A DNA stretch of 64,000 nt from a virus: IMG/VR virus record IMGVR_UViG_3300046804_003617, positions 12,168 to 76,167 of that record; one strand, given 5' to 3'. The notes under the pieces were generated by a model. That model had not been told where the DNA came from and did not search any database. It was given only the letters and a program-made list of their open reading frames with translations. Position numbers and translations under genes: made by a program. Positions 1 to 8,715 of the stretch are shown piece after piece (positions within the stretch are counted from its first letter, which is position 1; the number at the start of each line of letters is the position of its first letter).

Positions 1-463
1 ATATACAAGACCATACATATCTCATGGTGCGTTGTGGCACACCAAAGTATTTCATCAATGCGCTTTCGTCGTATACGATTCTATTGCCATCTATGACTTC
101 ATAAATAAAAGGATATTCGTGTGGTCCCATACTCGCCAACGGATATGAATGTGTATGCTCTATGGCGGCAGGATTGAACCGACGAGAATACAGCACATCC
201 GTGTCAGTGAACATAAAATGCTGTTCGTCTGGGAACATATCCATAGTAAGAAGCGATAGTTCCGCCTTATAGAAATGAAAACTGGGATAAGACGGAATAG
301 GTGCCAAGCGCACTTTCTTTACCTTGTTAAACTCATATACCGAATCAAACCCGATGGTATAGTATACTATGCGGTCATTTTCGCGCAGCCTTGGCAACAA
401 GGTCTGTATGCAGGAAAACGCCTGATATTCGCAGTTCTTGTCTGTGTATAAAAATATGATCAT
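1..463 (-). CDS. Putative GT-A fold glycosyltransferase (partial, runs off the window start)
   Basis: Not in the ORF track. ATG at 463 overlaps the upstream stop (ATGA). Translation MIIFLYTDKNCEYQAFSCIQTLL...FYKAELSLL...HFMFTDTDVLY has a K...hhhhDxD pattern typical of GT-A enzymes. Confidence 0.6.
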   Translation of the reverse strand, partial: MIIFLYTDKNCEYQAFSCIQTLLPRLRENDRIVYYTIGFDSVYEFNKVKKVRLAPIPSYPSFHFYKAELSLLTMDMFPDEQHFMFTDTDVLYSRRFNPAAIEHTHSYPLASMGPHEYPFIYEVIDGNRIVYDESALMKYFGVPQRTMRYVWSCI

Positions 464-2445
464 AACTTTGTGGCAAATATTGATTCGCTGGATCCGGCAT
501 ATTCTTCCACCGGCTTGTTGATAGCTTCTTCCACCTTGTATCCCATAGACTCGACACGTTCGATGAGCTTGCGATACTTTTCCTTATAATCTTTTTCAAA
601 GAAATGGCATTCTATGAACATGGTGTCTATATGCTCCGCCAATGCGGGGTCCATATTCTCGATGACATTATATTCCGATCCTTCAACGTCTATTTTAAGC
701 AGATTGATGTGCTTCAGTCTATCAACCAGATCCTTTATGGTGATGGTTTCCACGATTGTCTTTTGACTTGGAAGCAATCCAGCACGATGCTGTGCTATAT
801 TTTCTGGTGGTATGGCGCTGCTGATGATTGAATTCTCTGGGCAATTATAAAACGTGATTGGCTCATTATTATGACTCAGCGCCTTGTCTATCACTGTCAC
901 ATTGTCGTTGAATTCATAATTGCGTCTTAAATCGGCCACGGCTTCGGCGTTGCATTCCACGGAAGTGATCTTTCTTGAAATCTTGCTGCGAATCAAGAAT
1001 TCTGTGAATACTCCGATATTTGCACCAATATCCACGGCAACCGGATATTTGGTATTTTTATTCAGCCATTTGGCGTATTTTCCAAGCACAAAATATTCCG
1101 AATAATTATACCAGTAAGGTGCACGATTGCTCAGTGATATGGTCGGAACATTCACAAATTTTCTGAAGAATGGTTCCTCATACAATTGTTCTTGTGTATC
1201 TTTTTTATACACGCAAAACTTTATACCGGCAACGTGCTCATCTTTTTCATAGTCTCTGGTCTGCTTTGCGATTGGGATCATCCAATAATAGCAGTTGGCT
1301 GGAAAAGATGGATATTCCGTTGACCATAGTATGGCGTCGGACTTGTATTCTCGCAATGCCACGATGATAGGGAAATCAACCCCACGACCAGAACTATATG
1401 TCATTTTTTGCTCGTTGATGTCCCAAGTCGCCTGAAACAGATAATCGTTGTGCAATATGGTATGAGGTGTAGAAGATTTTGTTTCCATTTGTTTTATTCC
1501 TAATTTATTTAAAATTTTGTTTATATTGGCATCTTTTGATCCGAAATCAAGATATTCTATGTTTTCGTATTTGTCATACATTCCGAGATATACTGGAAGG
1601 TTGTATATCAATGATGGTATATTATATGATATGGCTTCTCGGATTACAAGCGGACTTGTTTCCTTGTCGTGCACGGTTCCACGCGATGTGAAAAGGAATA
1701 GATCCGCTGCTTGATAAAAATTCTCGACATCTTTTCTTTCATCCCACCATTTACAATTGCTTGGGAAGTTTTTCATTATAGGTTGCCAATAATCCCTGAA
1801 ATTGTCCGCTTGGTTTCCCACGAAATGAAATTGTATCGGCTGTCCAAGCAAGCTTCTGGCATATTCCACTATTTCCAATTGGTTCTTGCGTGGAGTAAAT
1901 AGCCCGACGTTAATCACGTGCTTCAGCTTTGGATCCAATCCCAACACCTTCAACGCCTCTTCACGTGGCTTGCGTGGATTTATCACGATTGGATATTCAT
2001 ATACATCCATCGGAATATCCAAAGATTTCAACGACTCCAATTGATATCTGCTTACGAACAGTATCTTGTCGGGAAAGAACACTTTGTTTTTTGGATCAAA
2101 GCTGCTGTCGTGGGATGTTTCGATGAGTTTGTATGGACGATCCTTGCGATATAGTTTCTTGGCAATTTCGCCGTCCATAAAATATTCCGGCATTTCTTCA
2201 AGATGCACCACTTCCGGATTTATCTTTTCTATATGGTCGAGTAGCTTTGGTCTGTCGTAATTCACAGATATGAATCTGTCTTTCAACAGTTCAATTATCT
2301 GGTTCTTTTGGATGGTGAATCTGCCGTGGTCTGCGTATTCTATGCAATATACTTCGTGTTCTTTGTTCAACACTTGTATCTTCTTCAATAGAAACTGTGG
2401 ACACCCACCTGTAGAAAGATGGGGAGCAATATAAAGAATACGCAT
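460..2445 (-). CDS. GT4-like (GT-B) glycosyltransferase fused to a C-terminal FkbM-family methyltransferase
   Basis: N-term MRILYIAPHLSTGG, VGLFTPRKNQ, ADLFLFTS, E-x7-E (ETSPLVIRE). C-term VDIGANIG and LLKIDVEGSE are FkbM motifs. Confidence 0.85.
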   Translation of the reverse strand: MRILYIAPHLSTGGCPQFLLKKIQVLNKEHEVYCIEYADHGRFTIQKNQIIELLKDRFISVNYDRPKLLDHIEKINPEVVHLEEMPEYFMDGEIAKKLYRKDRPYKLIETSHDSSFDPKNKVFFPDKILFVSRYQLESLKSLDIPMDVYEYPIVINPRKPREEALKVLGLDPKLKHVINVGLFTPRKNQLEIVEYARSLLGQPIQFHFVGNQADNFRDYWQPIMKNFPSNCKWWDERKDVENFYQAADLFLFTSRGTVHDKETSPLVIREAISYNIPSLIYNLPVYLGMYDKYENIEYLDFGSKDANINKILNKLGIKQMETKSSTPHTILHNDYLFQATWDINEQKMTYSSGRGVDFPIIVALREYKSDAILWSTEYPSFPANCYYWMIPIAKQTRDYEKDEHVAGIKFCVYKKDTQEQLYEEPFFRKFVNVPTISLSNRAPYWYNYSEYFVLGKYAKWLNKNTKYPVAVDIGANIGVFTEFLIRSKISRKITSVECNAEAVADLRRNYEFNDNVTVIDKALSHNNEPITFYNCPENSIISSAIPPENIAQHRAGLLPSQKTIVETITIKDLVDRLKHINLLKIDVEGSEYNVIENMDPALAEHIDTMFIECHFFEKDYKEKYRKLIERVESMGYKVEEAINKPVEEYAGSSESIFATKL

Positions 2446-2475
2446 AACCTTATATTAAAACATTTACGCCACTCG

Positions 2476-3117
2476 TCAATCTTTTTTATTCAATACTTTG
2501 CTGATTTCCGCGTTGACTTTCTTTAATTCTTTTTCAGCTGCCTTGATTTTCTTCAAGCAAGTTACCCAGTCCTTCTGAACATGTTCTTTCAATTCTCCGC
2601 GAGCTTCATTGCTCCATTCTTCGACCATACCGGTTGAATTTGCCCAAGTCATCGTCTTTGATTCTTCGCTTTCCAGATAGTCTTTGCTTTCTCTGAGCTT
2701 TTGCTTGATATCGCCCAGATATGCTAATTCGTTTTCAAGAAGCTTCTTTGTTTCATACAGCTTGAATTGACCCTTGGCTCTCAGATCAGTCTCTTCATTT
2801 GAAATGCAATCCAAGCATTTCTTGGTACGATAAAACATCTTGCGGTCCTGCTTTGTTCCCCAACGTATTTCTCTACCGCAGCACTCACACTTATCGTTGA
2901 CTTCTTCACGTATGATATCCATAACACGAGTGACTGCTTGTGGACCACTCGCGGTCTGCACCCAATTCTTTCCGCTGGCATCTGTCCAAGTTTCGCCTTC
3001 TTTGCGAATAATATACTTGTCCTTGTCCCCAGTATATCCCACTTGGATGAATGGCCGTTCTCCAGCCAGATAACCTTTTACAATATCAATGTTGCTTTTA
3101 CCTTGTGCTCTCTTCAT
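2476..3117 (-). CDS. Hypothetical protein with Cys pairs (possible Zn-binding) and C-terminal coiled coil
   Basis: 213-aa ORF with CECC and CLDC; co-oriented and tightly packed. Confidence 0.7.
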   Translation of the reverse strand: MKRAQGKSNIDIVKGYLAGERPFIQVGYTGDKDKYIIRKEGETWTDASGKNWVQTASGPQAVTRVMDIIREEVNDKCECCGREIRWGTKQDRKMFYRTKKCLDCISNEETDLRAKGQFKLYETKKLLENELAYLGDIKQKLRESKDYLESEESKTMTWANSTGMVEEWSNEARGELKEHVQKDWVTCLKKIKAAEKELKKVNAEISKVLNKKD

Positions 3118-3149
3118 AGTGTATAACCTTTGTTGGTTATATATATGAC

Positions 3150-6044
3150 TCAGTCGGCAGTTTCTGCTCCGGACTTTATTCTTTTATCTATAAAAAGACG
3201 CAAAAGATACACGATATATGCCTCACCGGCATATTTGTTGGTAAGAACAGCCTGAGTGACATTATTCAGCTTTTGCTGCAAGAAAGCCAGCTGACTCTCC
3301 GTCTTTGCTGTGCTGTCTGGATCAACTTCTCCGCTGGCTTTGATCTCGTTCCACTTTGCCTGTATTTCCTTAAGTTCCTTTTGTGCGGATGCCAATACTT
3401 CATTTGCGCGAGTTCTTACTGCTTCGGGTGAAGCATCAATTCCTTGTGCTTTCAATGAATTATATACTTCGAGTGTAACTTTGTTTGCGGAAGCATCGTC
3501 TGTGACATCTCCCACCTTTGCTTTTGCGGCGGCGATGGTTTTATTAAGTGTGGCGGCGTGAGCGGTTGTCATACCAAGAACCTTGGTAAGAAATGCACCA
3601 TCAAGAACCTTTTCAGCATTTCCAACTGCCTTACGAGTTCCCCAAGTCTTTTCAGCAATCTTGTGAAATATTTCAGAAGTGCCCTTGATAAAAACAGGCT
3701 CATCGGGAAGATTGATTTTCAACACAACGCCTTCAACTGGATATTTACGAGAAGCGTCTGAACTTAGGAACGTATTGATGCGTTCGGCATACTTGTTGAG
3801 CACTCCTTGCATCTGATCCTTGACCTTGCGGATGATCTTTTTTAAAGCGTCCTTCTCGGGACTTTCTTTGCGAGTTTTCAACAATGCTGCTGCTTGTGAT
3901 AGTTTGGCTGGGTCGCCAACGAGCTTTTGAATTCCGGAAAGATTAAATACCAATCCTTCTCTGCTCAGTGATCCGTGCTTGCTGATATTGTACACTTTCC
4001 ATTCTGGATCACTTGTGCTTTCAACCATATCCAATATTTCTTCGGACGATTCTTCTCCGTGCTTTTCACAGGTTGCTCCAAAGCACACAAACGCTCCCCT
4101 GTTTCCAAGTTTGGATTTGTTGTATTTGGTGGAAGCAAACACGATATCACCAAGCTCATCGCCCTTATGGGTCAATACAGGAAACATTTCAGATGTGATC
4201 TTGAATGCGCCGTGTTTCTTTTTTATTGCCTGCAACTTTGTTTGCAATGGCTTGTATCCGTTCAGGAACTTCAGTGCCTCATAGAAATGAACGGTGAATG
4301 GATTATTCAGCTTTTCCGCGTTGGATATGGTTACTTCTCCGCTGTTGGCGGATTCTACAAAGAATTGACCAGACGCATTCAATCCCCATTTGCAGGGAGA
4401 GCCATCAAGTTTTTCAGTGACTGATGCATTATTGGCTACGCTCAGATCCATTTTACCCTGTTTTACCAGTGGCTGGATACGGCGTAGAAAGTCCAAGAAT
4501 TCAGCGTCGGTCATTTCATTTGCACCTGAGAAACGCTGGATGGAAAGTTTGTTTGCTTCTTCAAGCCTTGGATGTAGCAGATCCGGCTCCGCCGCTTGGC
4601 TCTTTGCCATATTTTCCTTATATGCGTCGATGATCTCTTTTCTGAATTGCGGGAACTTGAAATCCTTGGACTTGAACAAAGCATACACTTTTTCAAATGT
4701 ATCAATGTCCGCGAATGTCTTGTCTTCACCAAACAGGAACTTTGCCACAAAATCCATATCCGTGGACTTTAGCTCTCTGCTAACTTCCTTGCGCTTGCCC
4801 TTGGCATCAACCGTGAACTTTTGCAGGAAGAATCCTTCTGCCGGTGAAAGCATATATTTCTGCTTCAAACCATTTGGTCCAGCGTCTTCAATGATCTTGG
4901 AAAGTATTTCAGATATCAGCAGGTTTCTGAATTTTGCCTTGTATTGACTTTCGGGGGCACCGGAATAAAACTTTTCTCTCCAGCTTCTCACACCAAGCAT
5001 AACATCAACCTGCACATATGGCTCTTTGTTTGGATCTTCACTGCCGTCCTTGTTTACAAATGGCTGGTTGACAGCCTTTCCAAGCAAATGAAACTGAAAC
5101 AGTCCTTTTGCCGGTTTTCCTGCCGGAAACTTCTTTGATAATGCATCAAACAGAGCATCCTTGTCAGCCGTAGGAGGCAGCTTCAAGAACTTAAGCATAT
5201 CTTTTGTATCAACTGCGATGTCTATATCTCCCAGCAATGGCTTGCTGAAGTTTCCTATTTTGGAGTATTGGATCTTGCCGAGACCATTGTCTTTCAGTAC
5301 TTGTGTTATTGTTGGGTCAAGGTTTTCACGCCTCACCGCAGAGACTTCGACATCAAACATTTCTCCACCTTCTTTGAGCTTCTTCTTGGCTGGTTTTTCC
5401 GGTGGAACATATCCGGCGGCTTCCTTGAATTTATCAGAGAGCAGCTTTGCTATCTTAGGATCATACCAACCGAAGATCTTATCAAATGTTTCCTTGCTTG
5501 GATTTGACGCGATCATACCACGGATTTCGGTTCCGCTAAGTTCCTTGCCGTCAACTTTAAGGGAAAAATGTGGAATAACAATCAGATATCCGTGCTTTGT
5601 GAAATCTTCAAGGTTGTTCTTGTTCTTTTCATAAAACTGTAAGTATGCTGGAGAACCATCTTTCTTTACGCCGCCAACGTTGAATCTTTCAGCGTCTTTC
5701 TTTCCGAATCCAAATACTATGGCGGAGTTTTCGGGAAGCATATCCAATACTTCCGTTGCAATATATGGGTTCTTCACTTGAACAATCTTGTCAGCGGGAA
5801 CTCCATACTTTACCCACACTGCTTTCTTTTCAGCAAAGCTTAATGGGCTATCTGGCAATTCTACCTTATCGGATGTGACAACGAAAGTTTTATCTACACC
5901 AAACTTGTCGGCCAAATACTTGTATGCCTGATAATGGTGCGGTCCTGCTGGATGGAAACGGCCAGGATAGATGGCGTATACTTGATTGCTGTTTACGATT
6001 TCGTTATATAACTGTTCAATGATTTGCTCGGTAAGTTTGTCCAT
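3150..6044 (-). CDS. Three-domain fusion: HIGH-type cytidylyl/adenylyltransferase + pol-beta-type nucleotidyltransferase + ATP-dependent RNA-ligase-like domain
   Basis: YPGRFHPAGPHH and LSGTEIR (HIGH NTase); GDIDIAVD and VQVDVM (pol-beta NTase); VTEKLDGS, SEMF, VEGVVLK, FIKG (covalent NTase motifs I, III, IV, V). Confidence 0.75.
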   Translation of the reverse strand: MDKLTEQIIEQLYNEIVNSNQVYAIYPGRFHPAGPHHYQAYKYLADKFGVDKTFVVTSDKVELPDSPLSFAEKKAVWVKYGVPADKIVQVKNPYIATEVLDMLPENSAIVFGFGKKDAERFNVGGVKKDGSPAYLQFYEKNKNNLEDFTKHGYLIVIPHFSLKVDGKELSGTEIRGMIASNPSKETFDKIFGWYDPKIAKLLSDKFKEAAGYVPPEKPAKKKLKEGGEMFDVEVSAVRRENLDPTITQVLKDNGLGKIQYSKIGNFSKPLLGDIDIAVDTKDMLKFLKLPPTADKDALFDALSKKFPAGKPAKGLFQFHLLGKAVNQPFVNKDGSEDPNKEPYVQVDVMLGVRSWREKFYSGAPESQYKAKFRNLLISEILSKIIEDAGPNGLKQKYMLSPAEGFFLQKFTVDAKGKRKEVSRELKSTDMDFVAKFLFGEDKTFADIDTFEKVYALFKSKDFKFPQFRKEIIDAYKENMAKSQAAEPDLLHPRLEEANKLSIQRFSGANEMTDAEFLDFLRRIQPLVKQGKMDLSVANNASVTEKLDGSPCKWGLNASGQFFVESANSGEVTISNAEKLNNPFTVHFYEALKFLNGYKPLQTKLQAIKKKHGAFKITSEMFPVLTHKGDELGDIVFASTKYNKSKLGNRGAFVCFGATCEKHGEESSEEILDMVESTSDPEWKVYNISKHGSLSREGLVFNLSGIQKLVGDPAKLSQAAALLKTRKESPEKDALKKIIRKVKDQMQGVLNKYAERINTFLSSDASRKYPVEGVVLKINLPDEPVFIKGTSEIFHKIAEKTWGTRKAVGNAEKVLDGAFLTKVLGMTTAHAATLNKTIAAAKAKVGDVTDDASANKVTLEVYNSLKAQGIDASPEAVRTRANEVLASAQKELKEIQAKWNEIKASGEVDPDSTAKTESQLAFLQQKLNNVTQAVLTNKYAGEAYIVYLLRLFIDKRIKSGAETAD

Positions 6045-6049
6045 ATTCT

Positions 6050-6057
6050 TATAAATA
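6050..6057 (-). promoter_or_regulatory. Putative phage late promoter (TATTTATA on coding strand)
   Basis: One of about 14 copies lying just upstream of start codons. Confidence 0.6.
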
Positions 6058-6086
6058 TATACAAAACTCGCATTATAGACGAGTTT

Positions 6087-6971
6087 TTATAGAGCAAGAT
6101 TCAATTGTCTAAGCTTTTTATAATATGGTATAGACCAAGCAAATTCCGCAGGAAAATTTTCTATATTGGCTTCAAAGTCGTAGGTATATTCCTTGATTGC
6201 GGAAAGATAATGGTCTTTGATTGTTATCTTATCCGATTTAAGAGTGTTATATAGAGTTATATTGGCGGCGTGCTTTACATATATACCAAAAAATTTCTTG
6301 GTTATTGTTTCTCCGTCTTGGAATAAATCCTTATATTCTTTTTTTCTTGCCAATATTCGTGGCATAGTATGTCTTAGCAAAAACATATCCGCATCTTCCT
6401 CGTTTCGTCGAAGCATTTCTTTGATGATTTTTGCTCGGAATCCGTAGCAATTCGAAAGCAGCCCTCTTGCAACTCTTTCGCTATACATATCCAACTTTGC
6501 TGGCAACTGCGGATGCCTGTAACAATAGCAGGTTCTGGTAGAATCCACACCTATAGAAACCGCATCCCAAAGAATAAGACTGTTTTTTGGAAAATCCAAT
6601 TCTGATATTTCTGGAGACAACCAATCGTCATCATCCAATGGTATGATAATATCGTCATCGCGCAATGCCATCAATTCCTCTCTGGCAGAATCTTGGATAT
6701 GAACATATGGCAGCTTCCACGTGCTTTTTATTTTTTTGTCCACGTGGTTATAAATGATACGATCAGATATGTTTTTGATGCAGCTTAGTTGTATTTGATG
6801 AACCTTTTTCCGGTAATCGTGTATAGAAATCTTGAATAATTTATCGAATTCTTCCGCACATTGTCTGGCATCCACTGCCATACTTCCGTGACCAACTTCC
6901 GGCATCATACTTTCTTTGAATAGTGCTCGTATAAAAAATACAATTTTGTGGTTCTTTTTATTTTCGGTCAT
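6087..6971 (-). CDS. Putative GT-A/GT2-like glycosyltransferase
   Basis: IIIPLDDDDWL motif. The likely start is MTENKK at 6971 (ATGA overlap with the upstream stop) rather than 7109. Confidence 0.55.
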   Translation of the reverse strand: MTENKKNHKIVFFIRALFKESMMPEVGHGSMAVDARQCAEEFDKLFKISIHDYRKKVHQIQLSCIKNISDRIIYNHVDKKIKSTWKLPYVHIQDSAREELMALRDDDIIIPLDDDDWLSPEISELDFPKNSLILWDAVSIGVDSTRTCYCYRHPQLPAKLDMYSERVARGLLSNCYGFRAKIIKEMLRRNEEDADMFLLRHTMPRILARKKEYKDLFQDGETITKKFFGIYVKHAANITLYNTLKSDKITIKDHYLSAIKEYTYDFEANIENFPAEFAWSIPYYKKLRQLNLAL

Positions 6972-8140
6972 GGCAACAGATATTTGTAATACTTTTTGAT
7001 ATGACCAAGCTTTCCTCCAGTATTCGCTATACTTCCCATATAATGAACGGTTACAGAATCCGGATTGGTAACTGTGCGAGTTTCTTCGGTATTTACCGGT
7101 ATAAAACAAAATTGGTCTTTAAATTTAAATATATTAGATATCATTAATATGTTAAAGTACGTATTCATGAAACTTTGTTCGAAAAAGTATTGACCCGGCC
7201 ACTTCTGGGCAAATTCGTAAATGTTTTTGAAATGTTTGATCATGGTCGAAGTATTCATAAAGAAAAACTGACCAGCATTGAACGCAAATATACATTTGAA
7301 ATCTAGCACTGCTATATGAACATCCGAGTATTGTTGTATCGTGTGATATACGGACCTGTGCAATGTCTTGTCAATTCTGTGAGATGCGCTGTAAAATACG
7401 TTTGGTCTGACTCTTTCTTCAAAAATTTTGGAAAGATCTCCCACGATCAATATGTCCAAATCCAAAAACAATATTTTCTTATAATCGTTTATTTTCTCAA
7501 ACTCATAGATTTTTAGCTTCTGCATAGATGCTTCAACTGTATCCACAATCTTGTGCATTATGAGATAATGAACGTTGAAATGCTTGATGAGGGGCATTTT
7601 TTCTATTAATTTTTTGGTACGCTTGTCTGTTATGAACAACAGATCAAAGTTCTGATAGGGCTGTTTCTTGAGACCCTTAAGCAAGTATTTCAATAATTCT
7701 ATATACCCAGAATCTCCGAAAGCTGAAAAATATATCAAATTCTTTTCGCCTTTAATGTTGTCATCTATCTTTATATCTACGCCTCGTTTTATCCACTTCT
7801 TCAGCATTTTTAGCGATTTTTCATCGCCAAGTTTATCTGGATTTTTGATGAATTCTAGACCTCCATTAATAACGGAAAATTCTTTGTCTTTTTTTCTAAG
7901 CGCTATTCTTCGTCTCCAAGTTTTGTCTCTTGAAAATGGACAAAATTCAACAGAATCGCAAGATTCATATACATCATCGGGTATGATAATAAATTCCTGT
8001 GCATTGTGATTAAGCACCATCATTTCCTGCTTTGATATTTCACGTGTATAAATTGCCTTGTTATTTTTAACGGCAACAACCAATACGTGCAATATTTCGT
8101 TGAGATTTCCTATATGCGTATAGGGTATTTTTATATTCAT
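6968..8140 (-). CDS. GT8-like glycosyltransferase
   Basis: KLKIY...KKILFLDLDILI, FNAG, FEQSFMN and VHY motifs. Confidence 0.75.
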   Translation of the reverse strand: MNIKIPYTHIGNLNEILHVLVVAVKNNKAIYTREISKQEMMVLNHNAQEFIIIPDDVYESCDSVEFCPFSRDKTWRRRIALRKKDKEFSVINGGLEFIKNPDKLGDEKSLKMLKKWIKRGVDIKIDDNIKGEKNLIYFSAFGDSGYIELLKYLLKGLKKQPYQNFDLLFITDKRTKKLIEKMPLIKHFNVHYLIMHKIVDTVEASMQKLKIYEFEKINDYKKILFLDLDILIVGDLSKIFEERVRPNVFYSASHRIDKTLHRSVYHTIQQYSDVHIAVLDFKCIFAFNAGQFFFMNTSTMIKHFKNIYEFAQKWPGQYFFEQSFMNTYFNILMISNIFKFKDQFCFIPVNTEETRTVTNPDSVTVHYMGSIANTGGKLGHIKKYYKYLLP

Positions 8141-8151
8141 ATAACCTTTTT

Positions 8152-8180
8152 ATTAGATACTAAATCGATTGTTTTGTCAA
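8152..8180 (-). promoter_or_regulatory. Sigma70-like promoter TTGACA-17-TCTAAT
   Basis: Perfect -35 and 17-bp spacer upstream of the GT8-like gene. Confidence 0.55.
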
Positions 8181-8189
8181 ATTAAAACT

Positions 8190-8444
8190 TTAAGCGTAGT
8201 TGATATTCACAAATATATACCTCAAGTCGGTATTTCCACCACCATTCCAGCTACCAGCAATGAGCTTTGTGTCAAAACTTATTTCCTGCGCTGGAGAATA
8301 TTGAATTTTTTCATATAGCTGCGCCAAGTCTGTACCATTGCTCTTAAAGCCAGTGTTTGCCGTAGCAGAGGACGTTCTCGGCTTAAATATACTATCCAAA
8401 TCTGTGTCTACTCCACTTATTCTAACTTTGAATCCGGATGCCAT
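8190..8444 (-). CDS. Small tail-fibre-associated protein, paralog 2
   Basis: 84 aa; shares NGTDLAQLYEKIQYSPAQEI and DLRYIFVNINYA with its neighbour; lies downstream of the tail fibre. Confidence 0.7.
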   Translation of the reverse strand: MASGFKVRISGVDTDLDSIFKPRTSSATANTGFKSNGTDLAQLYEKIQYSPAQEISFDTKLIAGSWNGGGNTDLRYIFVNINYA

Positions 8445-8475
8445 ATATGTTTAAATATTAAACCATTATTAGTTT

Positions 8476-8712
8476 TTAAGCGTAGTTGATATTTACGAAT
8501 ATATATCTGAGATCCACGCCTCCGGTTTTGAACCCCGTATTGAAATTTATCTCTTGTGCTGGAGAATATTGAATTTTTTCATATAACTGTGCCAAGTCTG
8601 TGCCATTGCTTTTTATTCCGACATTTGCTCGCGCCGCACTGGTTCTTGCTTTAAACACGCTGTCCAAGTCGGTGGGCGTTCCGTTTATTTTTACTGTATA
8701 ATTGGAAGCCAT
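8476..8712 (-). CDS. Small tail-fibre-associated protein, paralog 1
   Basis: 78 aa; starts 3 nt after the tail fibre stop; has internal xDL..[IL][FY] repeats. Confidence 0.7.
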   Translation of the reverse strand: MASNYTVKINGTPTDLDSVFKARTSAARANVGIKSNGTDLAQLYEKIQYSPAQEINFNTGFKTGGVDLRYIFVNINYA

Positions 8713-8715
8713 ACA

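Noticed and set aside
6972-7109. Longer N-termini in the ORF track (also 42573, 44193, 49513, 60692, 61024, 62839)
   Set aside because: These extensions overlap upstream genes or promoter regions, or precede the conserved N-terminus; downstream ATGs fit gene coupling better.
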